A DNA stretch of 64,000 nt from Laetmonice hystrix (GCA_965235115.1 OZ249436.1:32490001-32554000), one strand, 5' to 3'. Shown: positions 16,641-30,063, counted from the stretch's first letter. The notes: generated from the letters alone by a model not told the origin. Program-made: numbers and translations.

Positions 16641-17798
16641 TCTAGGTTTGATGGGTGGCGAAGTGAGGGAGTTACTGGAGAAGCGAGAATTAACCAGAAG
16701 TGACGGAGGGGAAAGGGATCACGTCTCACAACGTCATTAAGCTAGGCATCCATAGATCCGTATATGCATTATGCGTAATGCGTATGCGTAATTAAAAGGT
16801 CACTATGGATTTCAATTGACATGCATCCATAGATAGGCCTACGTAGTGCGTAGGGCCGATTGCACATCACCTTTTCCATCAGAATGCCACGTGTTTTCAA
16901 CGTGATACTGAAACAAAATTTCCCCCTCATAAATCCACGTGGTAACGACGTGAAAAACTAGTAGATTTCTGGTGGATCCACCAATCCACTGGTTTTCCAC
17001 CAGTTATTCACGTGGTTTCCACGTGGTGTGCCTGCTGGGATAGGCCTACTACTTCCAGACAAAGTTCTTCGTCCACATGTGCCTTAAGAGTTCCTGACAA
17101 AGTTGCTGACAAAGTACTTTCATACTGAAGACCACGGTCTTCTGCACAATCATGTGGCTTTATAGTACGGACACATGCAGTTACTTTGGTACATGCATCA
17201 ACCCCAAACTGACCATACATGTAGGCCTATGTTTCTTGCTTCCAAAGTACTTTGGCAGAATCAGGCAAAAAGTAATTTGTAAGCCAGTCGCCCATTGGTA
17301 CTTTGGCAACAATTCTCTGGCTTGTTGCTGCCAGAGTACAAATACTGTATTTTGCTTGATAAGTCTGCATGCGCTCGCCTTAAAAATCCTTGACCCATGC
17401 CTGCAATTAACGTGGACATGTTGGTAACATCTAGACCCCTCCCAATTGAAAAAAAACCAGGGTAGGCCTAATATGGGTGCCCGTGCCCATAGGCCTATTA
17501 CACTGATACGGGGTGAGCATGGGCCTATTAGGCCTGCCTATCGGCTCGATTTGAATAGGAAGGAGCACGATTGAAATGAAAAGGGTACATAGCCCGCTAT
17601 ATCAAGTTAAATACCTATAATCGCTACCCCAATTTCAACAGACCGCGACAAGATCCAATAGAGTTTCGGCAGACCTACATTAATAGCCACATTCGAATAT
17701 TTCCTATTAATATTGATCATTGAGCATGCAGTGCGCATATTATCATTAATCAAACAAACACTAATCTAGACCTTAGCAAAGACCTATGAATGATCTCG

Positions 17799-18878
17799 CA
17801 TTTGAGTATTTTCCCCAAACTTTACCATTAGATGCTCCTCGCCTGAACCTTTCATTTCGTCTACCTCACTGTACTGTTTGCATGGATTTTAGGCCAGCCG
17901 GTAAGATGTATGGACTCCTCACTGTAGTGTTTGGCCTCCCACACTGTTTGGCCTTACAGTACACTGTTTGGCCTCCCTGTACTGTTGGGCCTCACTGTAA
18001 TGTTTGCCTGGGTGCGAGGCCAGCTGGTATCTGGTAGGGATTCCTAACTGTACTGTTTGGCCTCCCTGTACTCTTTTGCCTCGCTGTACTGTTTGCTTAT
18101 ATACAATAGTAGCCAGTAGTATAGCGACGCTCATGTTTTAAGTTTCCATGCCTTTATTGTCCAGGAGGTAGGCCAACCGTTTCGTCTATCATTTACTCCC
18201 ATCTAACCTGTGCACTTACAGACCATCTGTAAGCGTCCGCCAACGTTGTCAGGTAGTCCCAATGGCTGTTTGCCGTAAAGGTTTAATTAACAATGACAAA
18301 TTACGTTGTACGCCTTTCCTATATTAGATATCCCATCCCCAAGTAAAAGAAGATTACAGAGATGTTGGAGACAAACGCCAGGATGCTGTTATACTGAAAC
18401 GGCGGGTCCGACTGCACTGCCACCTTCCGGCTACCGGTGGAATCACCACGCATACCTGGCCGGGCTGGCAGGCACCTGTGGCGCTTCGGGGAGAGACAGT
18501 TTTATGCAGTGATAAGCGAAAAATGGCTACATCAAATTGAAACTACGTCCCCAAAAGTGTGGTTGTTAGGCCAGATGTATAACTGTCAAACGTATCCGTC
18601 TCGTACGTTCGCTACAGGTAAATGGTTCTGATATGTATACTTCCCATTTGAGTATTTTCCCCAAACTTTAACATTAGGTGCTCCTCGCCTGAACCTTTCA
18701 TTTCCTCTACCTTACTGTACTGTTTGCATGGATTCTAGACCAGCCGGTAAGATGTATGGACTCCTCACTGTACTGTTTGGCCTCCCACACTGCTTGGCCT
18801 CACAGTACACTGTTTGGCCTCACTGTAGTGTTTGCTTGGGGGCGAGGCCACCTGCTACCCTGTAGGGATTCCTAACAG
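17799..18878. repeat. Diverged ~250-bp direct repeat pair (17799..~18050 and 18646..~18878)
   Basis: Both copies begin catttgagtattttccccaaacttta and end gggattcctaac; both contain ctgtactgtttggcctc sub-repeats. Confidence 0.85.
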
Positions 18879-19024
18879 TTATTACCAAAACCTATATACA
18901 TAGGGCCTAGAAGTTGTTTTTGTGTTAAATTAAGTCATATACCTATATAAAATGGATCAATACCAGGCAGCTATGAAGGCAAAAAACAGGACTCCAGACT
19001 ATTAAGTAAATCGTGGCCAGGCAT

Positions 19025-20012
19025 GAGAAAGGTTAATAGACCAGGGCGCCTGGTGGGGCCGCCGTATGTAGGTCTACCGTCGTGAGAAAGGTTAATAGAC
19101 CAGGGCGCCTGGTGGGGCCGCCGTATGTAGGTCTACCGTCATGAGAAAGGTTAATAGACCAGAGCGCCTGGTGAGGCCGCCGTATGTATAGGTCTACCGT
19201 CGTGAGAAAGGTTAATAGACCCGGGCGCCTGGTGGGGCCGCCGTATGTATAGGTCTACCGTCGTGAGAAAGGTTAATAGACCAGGGCGCCTGGTGGGGCC
19301 GCCGTATGTAGGTCTACCGTCATGAGAAAGGTTAATAGACCAGAGCGCCTGGTGAGGCCGCCGTATGTATAGGTCTACCGTCGTGAGAAAGGTTAATAGA
19401 CCCGGGCGCCTGGTGGGGCCGCCGTATGTATAAGTCTACCGTCGTGAGAAAGGTTAATAGACCCGGGCGCCTGGTGGGGCCGCCGTATGTATAGGTCTAC
19501 CGTCGTGAGAAAGGTTAATAGACCGGGGCGCCTGGTGAGGCCGCCGTATGTATAGGTCTACCGTCGTGAGAAAGGTTAATAGACCCGGGCGCCTGGTGGG
19601 GCCGCCGTATGTAGTCCTACCGTCGTGAGAAAGGTTAATAGACCCGGGCGCCTGGTGAGGCCGCCGTATGTAGGCCTACCGTCGTGAGAAAGGTTAATAG
19701 ACCAGAGCGCCTGGTGATGCCGCCGTATATGTATAGGTCTACCGTCGTGAGAAAGGTTAATAGACCAGAGCGCCTGGTGGGGCCGCCGTATGTATAGGTC
19801 TACCGTCGTGAGAAAGGTTAATAGACCCGGGCGCCTGGTGAGGCCGCCGTATATGTATAGGTCTACCGTCGTGAGAAAGGTTAATAGACCAGGGCGCCTG
19901 GTGGGGCCGCAGTATGTATAGGTCTACCGTCGTGAGAAAGGTTAATAGACCAGGGCGCCTGGTGGGGCCGCCGTATGTATAGGTCTACCGTCGTGAGAAA
20001 GGTATAGACCAG
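19025..20012. repeat. Minisatellite, 16 full copies plus a partial of a 59-63-bp unit
   Basis: Consensus GAGAAAGGTTAATAGACCAGGGCGCCTGGTGGGGCCGCCGTATGTATAGGTCTACCGTCGT; unit length varies only through an internal TA run. Confidence 0.95.
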
Positions 20013-20299
20013 GGCCCTGTTTCATAAACCACGACCAAAAAAGAACGATAATTCTTAAAAAATCGTAGCAGGAACGATAATCGTTACAATATATCGTCCG
20101 TTCCGTTTCATAAAGTGCATCGTTGAAGAAAATCAAAATCGTTACATATTGGAAAATCGTTCCTCGTCGACCCTGGGTAAGACAACCGGGAACCAGTTGA
20201 ACGAACTGAATAGTGACGTCAGGAGGGGAATTCCGGGAATACCCCCTTAATTGACACATGCTTGTTCTTGCTCGTTCGTATGTCCGTAGACAGCGATTT

Positions 20300-21195
20300 C
20301 TCAGAAGTGTATGGGTTGATTTCTTTGAAACTTCACACAATGATCAGGGATGATCTGAGTATGATGCACGTCAAACAGATTTTTGATATCATTCAAAATG
20401 ACCGTTTGGCGGCCATCTTGCCACATTTTCATCAATATCTCAGCCAAAACAGTCACGATTTCTTTCAAACCTGGTCCAGGGAGGAGGCATAATGATGGCC
20501 AATATGCATCGCAATACAATTTCAATTCAGATTCAAAATGGCGACATGGCGGCCATATTTGTTTCTTGACCCCCACAGTGACACTGTTTTGGCTTATATC
20601 TCGAAAACGGTGCAAGATGACGCAACAGTTACTATTATTGATAGATAGGAAGTCATATATGAAGTTTCATTTGGCGCCATTTTCCATGACCTTGAGCGAC
20701 CTTGAAAGGTCAATCAAGGTTATGCAGATTTCCAAAAGCCTGGATCTTTAACGATAACAACATAATCTTGCATGAAACATTACATAATGATCAGGTACAG
20801 TCCAAGGTAGAGGCAGGTCAAAGATATTTTTGACATCAGTCAAAATGGCCGCGTGGTGGCCATCTTGGATATAATCACATTTGGAGCAATAACTCAGACA
20901 AAACGATCCCGATTTCTTTCAAATTTGGTAGAAAGAAGGTGCATATGAGGGGCAATGAATATGCCAATGTATTCCCAGATCAGAGCAAATATGGCGACAT
21001 GGCGGTCACAGTAATATTTTTACTCCCCCATAACACTGTTTTGGCTTGTATCGCCACAACGGTGCAAGATAAGGCAATAGTTACTATTATTGACAGATAG
21101 GAAGTCATATATGAAGTTTCAATTGGCGCCATTTCCCATGACCTTGAGCGACCTTGAAAGGTCAATCAAGGTCATGCAGATTTTCAATAGCCTGG
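20300..21195. repeat. Two diverged tandem copies (~450-bp period) of an interspersed-repeat module
   Basis: gataggaagtcatatatgaagtttc...ggcgccatt..catgaccttgagcgaccttgaaaggtcaatcaagg occurs at about 20645 and 21096; both copies end in agcctgg. Confidence 0.8.
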
Positions 21196-21300
21196 GGTGC
21201 GTTCCTCATCTATCGTTATCCCGTCGTGCGTTAAAATCCCCATTGAAAATACATTGGAGTTAACGATACGACAAGCTAACGACATGATGAGGAACACCCC
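21194..21300. mobile_element. Small hairpin MITE followed by a related left end
   Basis: GGGGTGCGTTCCTCATC ... GATGAGGAACACCCC, immediately followed by a similar end GGGGGTGCGTTGCTCC at 21304. Confidence 0.55.
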
Positions 21301-21756
21301 CCTGGGGGTGCGTTGCTCCAGGAAATCGTTAACAAAAATCGTATCGCCAAAACCTTAACGAGGGGTAAATGTTGCTCCATGAAAAATCGTATCGTAAAAA
21401 CGAGTTATCGCTCGTTATTTCATGCGTTTTTTACGACGAGGTTTTGAGGCCCTTGGATCGTTATTTCTAATCGTTATTTCAATCGTTAACAAAACTTTCT
21501 GCTAGAGGGAGCTGTGTTTTGTTGTCAACCTCAAGGGCAGCGATGGAGTACCTCGGAAATTACCAAGAGTTTTTGCCAGAAAACGAAGCTGACATACAAC
21601 GGGATGTATTAGGTCGATACAGAAGGGAGTATTACCCAAGAGTGCATCCATTTGAGAGGTACAGGGAGTCCAAATTTGTCGGTATCGCTTAAAGACATCA
21701 TGTCACCCTGGTTGAGCGTTCCGGGAAGCCAGTTAAGGACAAGTGCTAGTGTAGGC

Positions 21757-21766
21757 CTAGTAGTTT

Positions 21767-21808
<42 letters not shown>

Positions 21809-22048
21809 GCCTAGTAGTAGTAGGCCTAGTTGTAGTCTACGAGTAGTAGTAGGCCCGTAGCCAGCTTTGTTTGTGGGGGGGGGGGGGGGGATTCTGAGGA
21901 CGGTGGAGTGGAAGTCGGCAGCACAGATCTTGGCTCTGTAGGCGAGGCCTGCCACCGCAGGGTGGAACCTTTGGGTCTGGCGGAGGGGGGGATCGGTCGT
22001 CCGCCCCCCGATCCCCCTTGGCTACGGGCCTGGTAGTAGATTTAGGCC

Positions 22049-22092
<44 letters not shown>
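21757..22092. repeat. (GTA)n microsatellite interrupted by a MITE at 21851..22032
   Basis: GTA arrays flank an insert with AGGCCCGTAGCCA ... TGGCTACGGGCCT inverted termini and G/C homopolymer runs. Confidence 0.85.
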
Positions 22093-22093
<1 letters not shown>

Positions 22094-22888
22094 AGTAACA
22101 TGGGGCAAGACGCCCACCTTAAGCAGCTTTGCTCATAGCACACTAAATAATCACTTCTTTTGATTGAATTGCATATAGGGGAAATGTGAATGCTTATTCC
22201 TAGAAATCGGATGCATTAAATCTTAGAAACAATGATACGTCTGTTCATGGGAGTCAATGAAATATTTTCTCCAAAAAGGGCCTTTTGCCCCAACACCGAG
22301 GCAAAAGGCCCACCTCCCAGGGGTAAAACGCCCACCCTTCTATTTTTTAAAAATAACGCTTCCGAATAAGTTAAAAGTTGTTTTTATGCCGAAAACCATA
22401 TGAAAGTAATAGATTATGAGAAAACCATTAATCCGAAGTCCTTAACACCATCACTGGGGCAAAAGGCCCCTAGTGAGGCAAAAGGCCCACACTGGTCCCA
22501 ACACATTGTGGGCTTTTTGCCCCAGAGGATATCATGACGAATGACGTAGAGTCTCTCATTATGACCCCATTACTCTCCTCAGAATCTGATCTAAACTCAA
22601 AGAAAACATTCCAAACAATACATCTATTCCATTTCAGAAACAACTTGAGCACTTTATGGAGCAGGTTAACTATGTTTCTACCCCTCGATTTTACAAGAAA
22701 TGACACAAAATACAAAAAATGCGCATAAAATTTTAACGTGTAATGACGCCTACCTGGAAATTCAGAAGAATGAAACGACAGATGGCAGGACCTGTATCAT
22801 GTTCCAAACATGTTTGCATTATGCACCAGATGGCAGATATAGGGACTGGGCCTTTTACCCCGGGTGGGCGTCTTGCCCCGTGTTACTC
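22093..22888. mobile_element. 796-bp non-autonomous DNA transposon with TA TSD
   Basis: TA|GAGTAACATGGGGCAAGACGCCCACC ... GGTGGGCGTCTTGCCCCGTGTTACTC|TA; internal copies of ggcaaaaggccc in both orientations. Confidence 0.85.
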
Positions 22889-23629
22889 TATTCTGTTCTG
22901 TAACCATGGTACCACATCTCAGTCATTTTTCAAGATATCTCAATCAAACTTGGCACACATCTTGACAATGACAAGTCTGGTCGGCCAGTGAATAATGACT
23001 TCATGTGACGTCACGTCATGACGTCTTGACGTGTTTTTTGTTTAACACGTTAGATCTAAGGCCATTTTAAGCTCATATTTCCTGAAAACCATTATACCAT
23101 TTTAATTGGGTAAGTTTATTGCCTAAGTCTGACTGTTGTTTTCACCCTTGACCTTTGACCTCGGGGAAAACTGGGTCCTTGGTTATAAATCAGTTAAATG
23201 GCTACTTGTTCACCATTTCTTGTTAAAATTTAACAATATCTGGAAGAAACACTCTCTTTACAACTTGCATCCAAGGATAAGCGATTTGACTTATTTTTTC
23301 GACCTTGAAATTTTGAACATTGGTCAATTTAGATGTAAATCGTGGTGACAGATAGGTCCATAGTTAGTATTGAACACGAATAGGAAGTCATGCTCATTAC
23401 GTTTTAGGTCACGTGACCTATGACGTCACAAGGATGTCATACCTATTTTCTCAGTACTATAACTTGTAGGCCTAAATGGTCACTAGGCCTAATAGGAAGT
23501 CAAGTTAGATCAAGGCATTAGAAACCGTAATGATCTGACAAGTGAGCTGTTTACAACTTTGACCTGAAGCTTCACGTAACATTGATACGTTCATTCATGG
23601 CATTTCTAATTGACTTATTATATCGTCAT

Positions 23630-23912
23630 CAGGGGTGGATCCAGCTTTTTCCGTTGGGGGGGGGGGGGGGTCAACGTGTAAAAGGGCCTCCTGAAGTCCA
23701 ACAGCAACTTTGGCTATAGCATGAAATCATGCCGAGCGTATGGAGGCAAAAAACTTTTTTAGCTGGTTTTTATCTTGCGACTGGAAAAAAAACCTTCTAA
23801 ATTATAATGTTTGAACCCCCTTAAGTTAAAATGTGTGTATCTGCAAAGTTTTAGGGGGGGGGGGGTCGAACCCCCTGACCCGCCCCCCCCCCCCCCCCCG
23901 GATCCGCCAGTG
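23630..23912. mobile_element. G-run/C-run MITE with 5-bp TSD GTCAT
   Basis: GTCAT|CAGGGGTGGATCC ... GGATCCGCCAGTG|GTCAT. Confidence 0.75.
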
Positions 23913-24154
23913 GTCATTAGAGGGGGATGGGATCCAGGGTGTTTTGAGCAGAGAGTGTATATGGGTCAGGCTTTTAAACGATGTACAATTGGGGCTAAAT
24001 TATGATTTTTGAAAATGCTAAAAACAACCTATCTAGGTTAAAATACCAATGTTTCATCTTCAAAACGTACCCAATTATACCGGCATACTCCCATCGGTTC
24101 CGATTTTATTCAACATTGAAGTGAAGTGTCTCGAAACGGGGAACGTCCGTGATA

Positions 24155-24643
24155 CAGATATCTGCAAATATTTAAAGATATCTTCAAATGAATTGAAGAT
24201 ATCCTCAAATGGTTTAAAGATATCCTCAAATGATTTGAAGATATCTTCAATTCTTTTAGGGATATCTGCAAAACAATTTAAGCTATATACATTTAGAGTG
24301 ATGTTCGCACATATCCTTAATTCTAATCAAGATATCTGAAAATGAATTACAGATATCTTCAATTGAATTACAGATATCCACAATTTATTTACAGATATCC
24401 ACAATTCATTTACAGATATCTACAAATCATTTGGAGATATCTGTATAGATCTACAAATCATTTGGAGATATCTGTATAGATAGATGCTGATTTACAGATA
24501 TCTGTAAATGAATTATGGATATCTTCAAATGAATTGTGGATATCTTTAAATGAATTGAAGATATCTTCAAATGAATTGAAGATATCTTCAAATATTTGAA
24601 GATTTCTGTAAATGCTGAATAAAAGTACCAACGGCATCCCATA
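24155..24643. repeat. 21-bp GATATC tandem array ending in a possible transposon terminus
   Basis: Units such as gaagatatcttcaaatgaatt; the array ends ...aacggcatcccata, which reads TATGG on the minus strand. Confidence 0.8.
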
Positions 24644-26465
24644 GAAATGCTCTTTTTAAGCTGTTAGGCCTACCTACTTACTGCCTAAGAAAAACATGAA
24701 AATACTTTAAACGTAACGTCTATAGATCATCGATCTAGGCGTCCCCATGCAGGATTTCCAAGGGGTGCTTCGGAGAGGGGGGGCTCGTTTACTTATAGGC
24801 CTAACTTTAAATACTGTGTTATTTTGCCGGAATGCCGTCAAAATAACCTTTGTATAATGGCCAACGAAAGCACTGCCAACTGATACTACTCAGCAGACAA
24901 TACGTAGGCCTACTCTACATCATTGTGCACAGTCACTGCCTTCAGACAGTAGACTGACATCGTCATACTCGTCAGCTGGCGAGTCGGCCAATGCCATGGC
25001 AATGCGCAATGACAATGCCAATGGGTCCTTGCTCGGTAATGTAATTCTACCTAATACGTACGGTACCTACCCACTTCCTAAATCCATGGCGCTCTCGTCA
25101 CTTCTAAATATTTATTCCCAAGTTTTGCACCCAATAATTCACGAATCTTGACCGTTGGGGCACCGAACGTTGGCTAAGATGAGAGGGGGGGCGTTCGCGC
25201 CCCTCCCTTCCAGTGGGACGCTGATATAGGGGGCCTATATAGATCTTATTATCGTTGAAGACCCATCTAAACTGACCAAAGGCAGTGGCACTGGCGGCAA
25301 ACCACCTGTTGCGGGTACCGGATACATAGTTGATACGGAAAGCGACAGGGGGCGCTGCATTATTTGACCGACATGATTGAGGTTGTCCAATTCCAAGAAC
25401 CGTTTGCCCTCCCTCCTCGTATTTATGTAAAAAGTCCGAGTTGTGAGGCAAGTAAACAATAAAAGTATTTTCTTTATTAATAAAATGGATATATTTATAC
25501 GATACCTTTTTGTAATGCATTTCTCATATTCTTTGTTCAGATCCATTTTAAAATGTCTTATGTTTTATACGAAAGAAAATAAGGGAGGGTGTTCTATATA
25601 TGGAACACCGCAACGCTGTTGTTGTCAGTGGAAACCCGTTTGAATGGACGAAAAATATCGAAGGACTGTGACTTTAGTGTGAGTGTGAAGTAGCGGATCT
25701 GCATTTACCCGTACAAGTTCCGATGACACAATTGCTTTTATGTGATATATGGTAAAGACACTAATGAGATACTGTTTCTTATGTCCGGCGTGTCCATGAT
25801 GACTGTCAGGGAGTGATTTTACCTCAACAGGTGCGGGTAGATCTACATCGATCACACGGTCACTGCACAGCCAGCCATGGTCATGCAGACCTTGGTAGCC
25901 TACGGCGTGTATGATCTTTGACTTTGAGGATCTTGAATGCCAAATATGGAACACGTATTCTACTTCAACTTGCCGAAGTGGGTCGCCATGTGAATCTACC
26001 TTGAACAAGCACCGAATAATACCTTTTCAAGTCTCAAAACTGGTGTTGAAGGTAAGTGAGCACTTCTTGTATCTGGGGCTGGGGTACGTCGCTAAAGTTA
26101 AACCGGTCCAAGGGGCCGCAGCCGTCCGTGTTCACGACCGGCCGCCCTACCCGGCAGCCGGCTAGACGTACCACCACACCAGGCCTGCTCCAGTCTCACT
26201 GTCTGGCCATACGGTTGAAGCCTAACTGAATAGGCCTAACGTGTCATATTATATACAGCCCAGGATGAAAATAGTCTAGGTTTAGTCAGAGTAGACTATC
26301 GAAATTTATAAATTTGTGTAATGTAACGTTAGTCTTAGTTTTGTAGAGTCTACCAAATCCAAAAGTGCAAAACAAGCCGACAAGGCATAAAATAATTAAG
26401 AAAATATGAAAAGACTTTTTGCTAAAAGTTGCAGAAATGATCAGATTAGTTACTAGCCTACTACT

Positions 26466-27032
26466 CGGGGTCCGCCAAATCCCCCAGAAATGTGGTTGCC
26501 CAGTGGGCAACCACAAATTCAAAAGTGGTTGCCCGACAAATAGAACTGGTTGCCCAGGATTTATTGGTTAAAATATAAAGAAAAGCTTTGATTCACAAAA
26601 AATAATTTGCAAATAGAACTGGTTGCCCAGGATTTTTTGGTTAAAATATAAAGAAAAGCTTTGATTCACAAAAAATAATTTTATTTGCAAGCCTCAAAAA
26701 CTTGAATTTAAGCTTTTTCACAACCCTACCTTATGGCCATCAAGATGGCGATAGCCTGGGTTATCGGTCAGCGAGTGGTCTATTGCAGTGTCTGGGTCAA
26801 AATCCTCAAACTTTGGCCCATCAACTGCAAACGTTATTTGGTCCACTGACTCTGAACTGTCAGCACCAACATCACTCAGTCACTCTCATGCTCAGATGCT
26901 GGCTGCCGGCTGGATGTCATGTGACATGAACTGATGTAGTCGCCCGACGGGCGACCAATCTATTCCATCCAGTTGCCCAGACCGAAATTCTGGTTGTCCC
27001 GGGCCCTTGGTCCCTCGATTTGGCGGACCCTG
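26466..27032. mobile_element. MITE with 16-bp TIR and 5-bp TSD CTACT
   Basis: CTACT|CGGGGTCCGCCAAATC ... GATTTGGCGGACCCTG|CTACT; internal 73-bp tandem duplication at 26538 and 26611. Confidence 0.85.
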
Positions 27033-30000
27033 CTACTAGATTAGCATCTACATTCAGTTTTGCTGCTATTATACAAGCTAATGATCGCCCCTCCCCCTAG
27101 GCCATACTACACACAACTTTCGGAATGAGACGGAATCCATGCTTTCTAAATTCTAGCTACACATGATTTCTACGGAACAAAGGTCATCCTGGCACAGGAA
27201 TGTCCAGAAACAGAAAAGTTGTAACGTTATAGGCCTACTATAAAGTTCTATACTATACTATACTGTAACTTATAGGCTATAACAAGTCCTCTACTGGAAT
27301 TGAACCCCAGCCCCAAGATTACTGCACCCATTCGTATCTGAGCATAACATGATAAGCGATAGGGTCTCACGTAATAACCAGGCCTTGCCGTTTGACGGGC
27401 GCGATCGCGCTTGCGCCCCTAACTTAGCGCCCGCAAAATCTGTTTCAGAAGCGCTGTTTATCGCGCCCCTCAACTTCACTGACTGATGTGAACCCTCAGC
27501 CATGTCTGAGGCAACCTCAAAAACGCTCTCTGTCTCCTCCTTGTCCCCAAGTCATTAATGAGTCAATCATTTCCTAGACGGCTCCCAGCACCTCTTTAGC
27601 CTATGCCAAACCTTACAATCTCCCTGGTTTACCTGGAAATACCCAAACGTGGGACATGAACGATTTCTAGGGGAGTGATTTAGCTCTCCTCGGATAACCA
27701 AGGAGAGTGATGGATCGCTCCCGTAAAGATTTCAAACGGCAAGCACTGAATAACTCTTTTCTCTTTAATCAGTTTTGGTCCACAATTTGCCTATTCCGCC
27801 GGTGTTTTTTTTTTTTTTTTAAACTCCACTGCCCATTTATTAGCTAGCAGATAACTTGAGGTGTGAGGCCAAACTGCAACACGCGTGTTTTGTACCTATT
27901 CAGGTTTGGCCTCTAAACAATAGGAAACCATGCACCTGTAGACTGGCAGAGAAAACAGACACTGGGAAACCATGAGAATTTGATATTTTCCTTGCCCTTG
28001 GTGCCTCCCAGACCAGCAAAAGTCTGGATTTCCATTAATATTTGCACAAATCCGGGAAAAGTCTGCCGATAGGTGTAGAGTTGGAAAGGGGCACTGCAAA
28101 AACTGCCGTCGTTTTTCAAGGGAATGGTGGCAAATTTGGAAATTTGATAAATGGAAAAGGCACGATGGCAAATGCCGTCGCGTAATTCGAGGCCTCGGTT
28201 TGCATATTTGCAGTTTGCCTATATAGCATAGGCCCTAGCCAGTAATCCATATTTAAAAAAGGCCCCAGGAACCGATGGCTATGGCGAGTACGGTATGGGG
28301 GGTTTTAAGTGTATTTTACTAGTTTAGGTGTGCAAATTTAGTTTCCCCACTGACATGTTAATAAAAAAATTATCATAAAGCAGGAGGAAGTTTATTTTTA
28401 TTTTTATTTCGCCCTCCATACTTTGGGTAACTTTGCAGGGTGCCTGTAAACCAAACAATAACAAAAGTCTGGCCTAAGTTACTTAGATCACATAAAGGCA
28501 GACAGCGAACTGTAAAAGGAGCCAATGAATGGGGAGCCCCGATACCACTCTGACTACTTCCGGCGATACTGCGCTTGCGAGTCGCTTGCGCTTTGTATCT
28601 CTGACACCACCTCCCGCTTCATGTGCAGATTTTGCACATAGCCGGAAGTGAGCCTAAACCCTCTGACATAAGATCAATGCGCTTGTTGTTTTCCGATATT
28701 GAAAAAAAAAGACTTGTTAATGACTTCCTTGCATTTATCATTAGTTGTCCGATATTATTTGACAGTTTGTAGATGTTGGTAGCCTTATAGGTGGGAGAAG
28801 CGAATGTTTTCCGGAAGGAATTTAGTTCTACGCGTAATATTACAACCTGTGCATTTGTTGACAACGGGCACGCCACATTGTGACGTCACTAAGGGCGAAC
28901 GTCACAATCACGAGTCACATGGGGAGGTGGAGGCAGAGTCATTGAATGAAGAGAGATGGCGCTGCGGTAGGAGAATGCCCCGATACATGTGCTTTTGACT
29001 CTTATGTCGTACACGGCTGCATCAAGATCGTGGACACAATAGGCAATACACAAGCCAGGTCGTGTGCACTGTTTCGTGTATGCACGACTGGGTGCGTACA
29101 CCAGTGTATACACACGATGTTGTGGATACTTATCCACAACAATGTGTGTGTACACATAACAGGCTACACATCTTGTGCATGTTGTGTGTTATACGCATGC
29201 GGCCTGTGTCCCAGGGGACGCATTTTATTAAACTGCTATTATTTATAGTATACCCTGAATACCCTCAAACAGTTTTTAAAAGTTTTGTAATATTCCAATC
29301 CATGTCCCATCTATAGAAACCCTTTTTGAAAAATGAGGAGAAAAAACAAAAAAAGCTTGACAAAAGACAATCTGATGTGGGCAGGTTTAATTGATTTATG
29401 CAGCCTGTAGCTTTGCAGTCTATGCGAAAAGTTTTCAGGGACATCAGACAAAATGTGTGACGTTGAAAAGCTCTATGGCAGACATTTGGACCTTACGTCA
29501 GATTTTTCCTTTTTAATGAAATATTTTTCCCCGTATTCAGCATTTAATATTTATTTTAATAGGACTTCCCAGATGTTAGGGCCTACTTTTGGTCTATGTG
29601 GGGCTTTTATCACACAAAATAGGTCAGTGTGCCGCAGAAGTTAAGAGGTAACTTCAGAGAAAGTGACAATTTCAGATGAAATCCCAGGCAGAGGTATCCA
29701 CCATGATAAGTTCAACACAAAATTTCGGGATAAAAACTGAGAATCTATCACTATTGCTGGCCCACCTGAAACCTGATCTCCCCCATAGCCGAAGTCTCCA
29801 GACATCCCTAAAAACTTACGGTAACTCCTATCACTACCCAGGGTTTCCGCCAGAAAATAATTAATGGGGGGGACGGGCGAGCCCGCTGAAGGCGGGCCGG
29901 AAGGGGGGGTCTGGGAAATTTTTTTTTCAGGAACTCCGGAGATGCGTTTTCCTGGCCTCTCAGAGCGAGAATCTTCACTAAATCCACCACCAAAAAATCC

Positions 30001-30063
30001 ACAATTTTTACGCCAAAAACACAAAATTGGCAGTGACAGCAAACAGAATCATACCAACGTTTT

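Noticed and set aside
19025..20012. CRISPR-like appearance of the regular ~60-bp array
   Set aside because: Whole units are near-identical with no unique spacers, there are no cas genes, and the context is eukaryotic.
21652..21955. Poly-Val and poly-Leu ORFs resembling transmembrane peptides
   Set aside because: Translations of the (GTA)n microsatellite.
25625..26165. Overlapping ORFs of 127 aa (-) and 84 aa (+) with a GTAAGT donor near 26052
   Set aside because: No recognisable domain in any frame and no consistent exon chain; could be a non-coding exon or decayed element.
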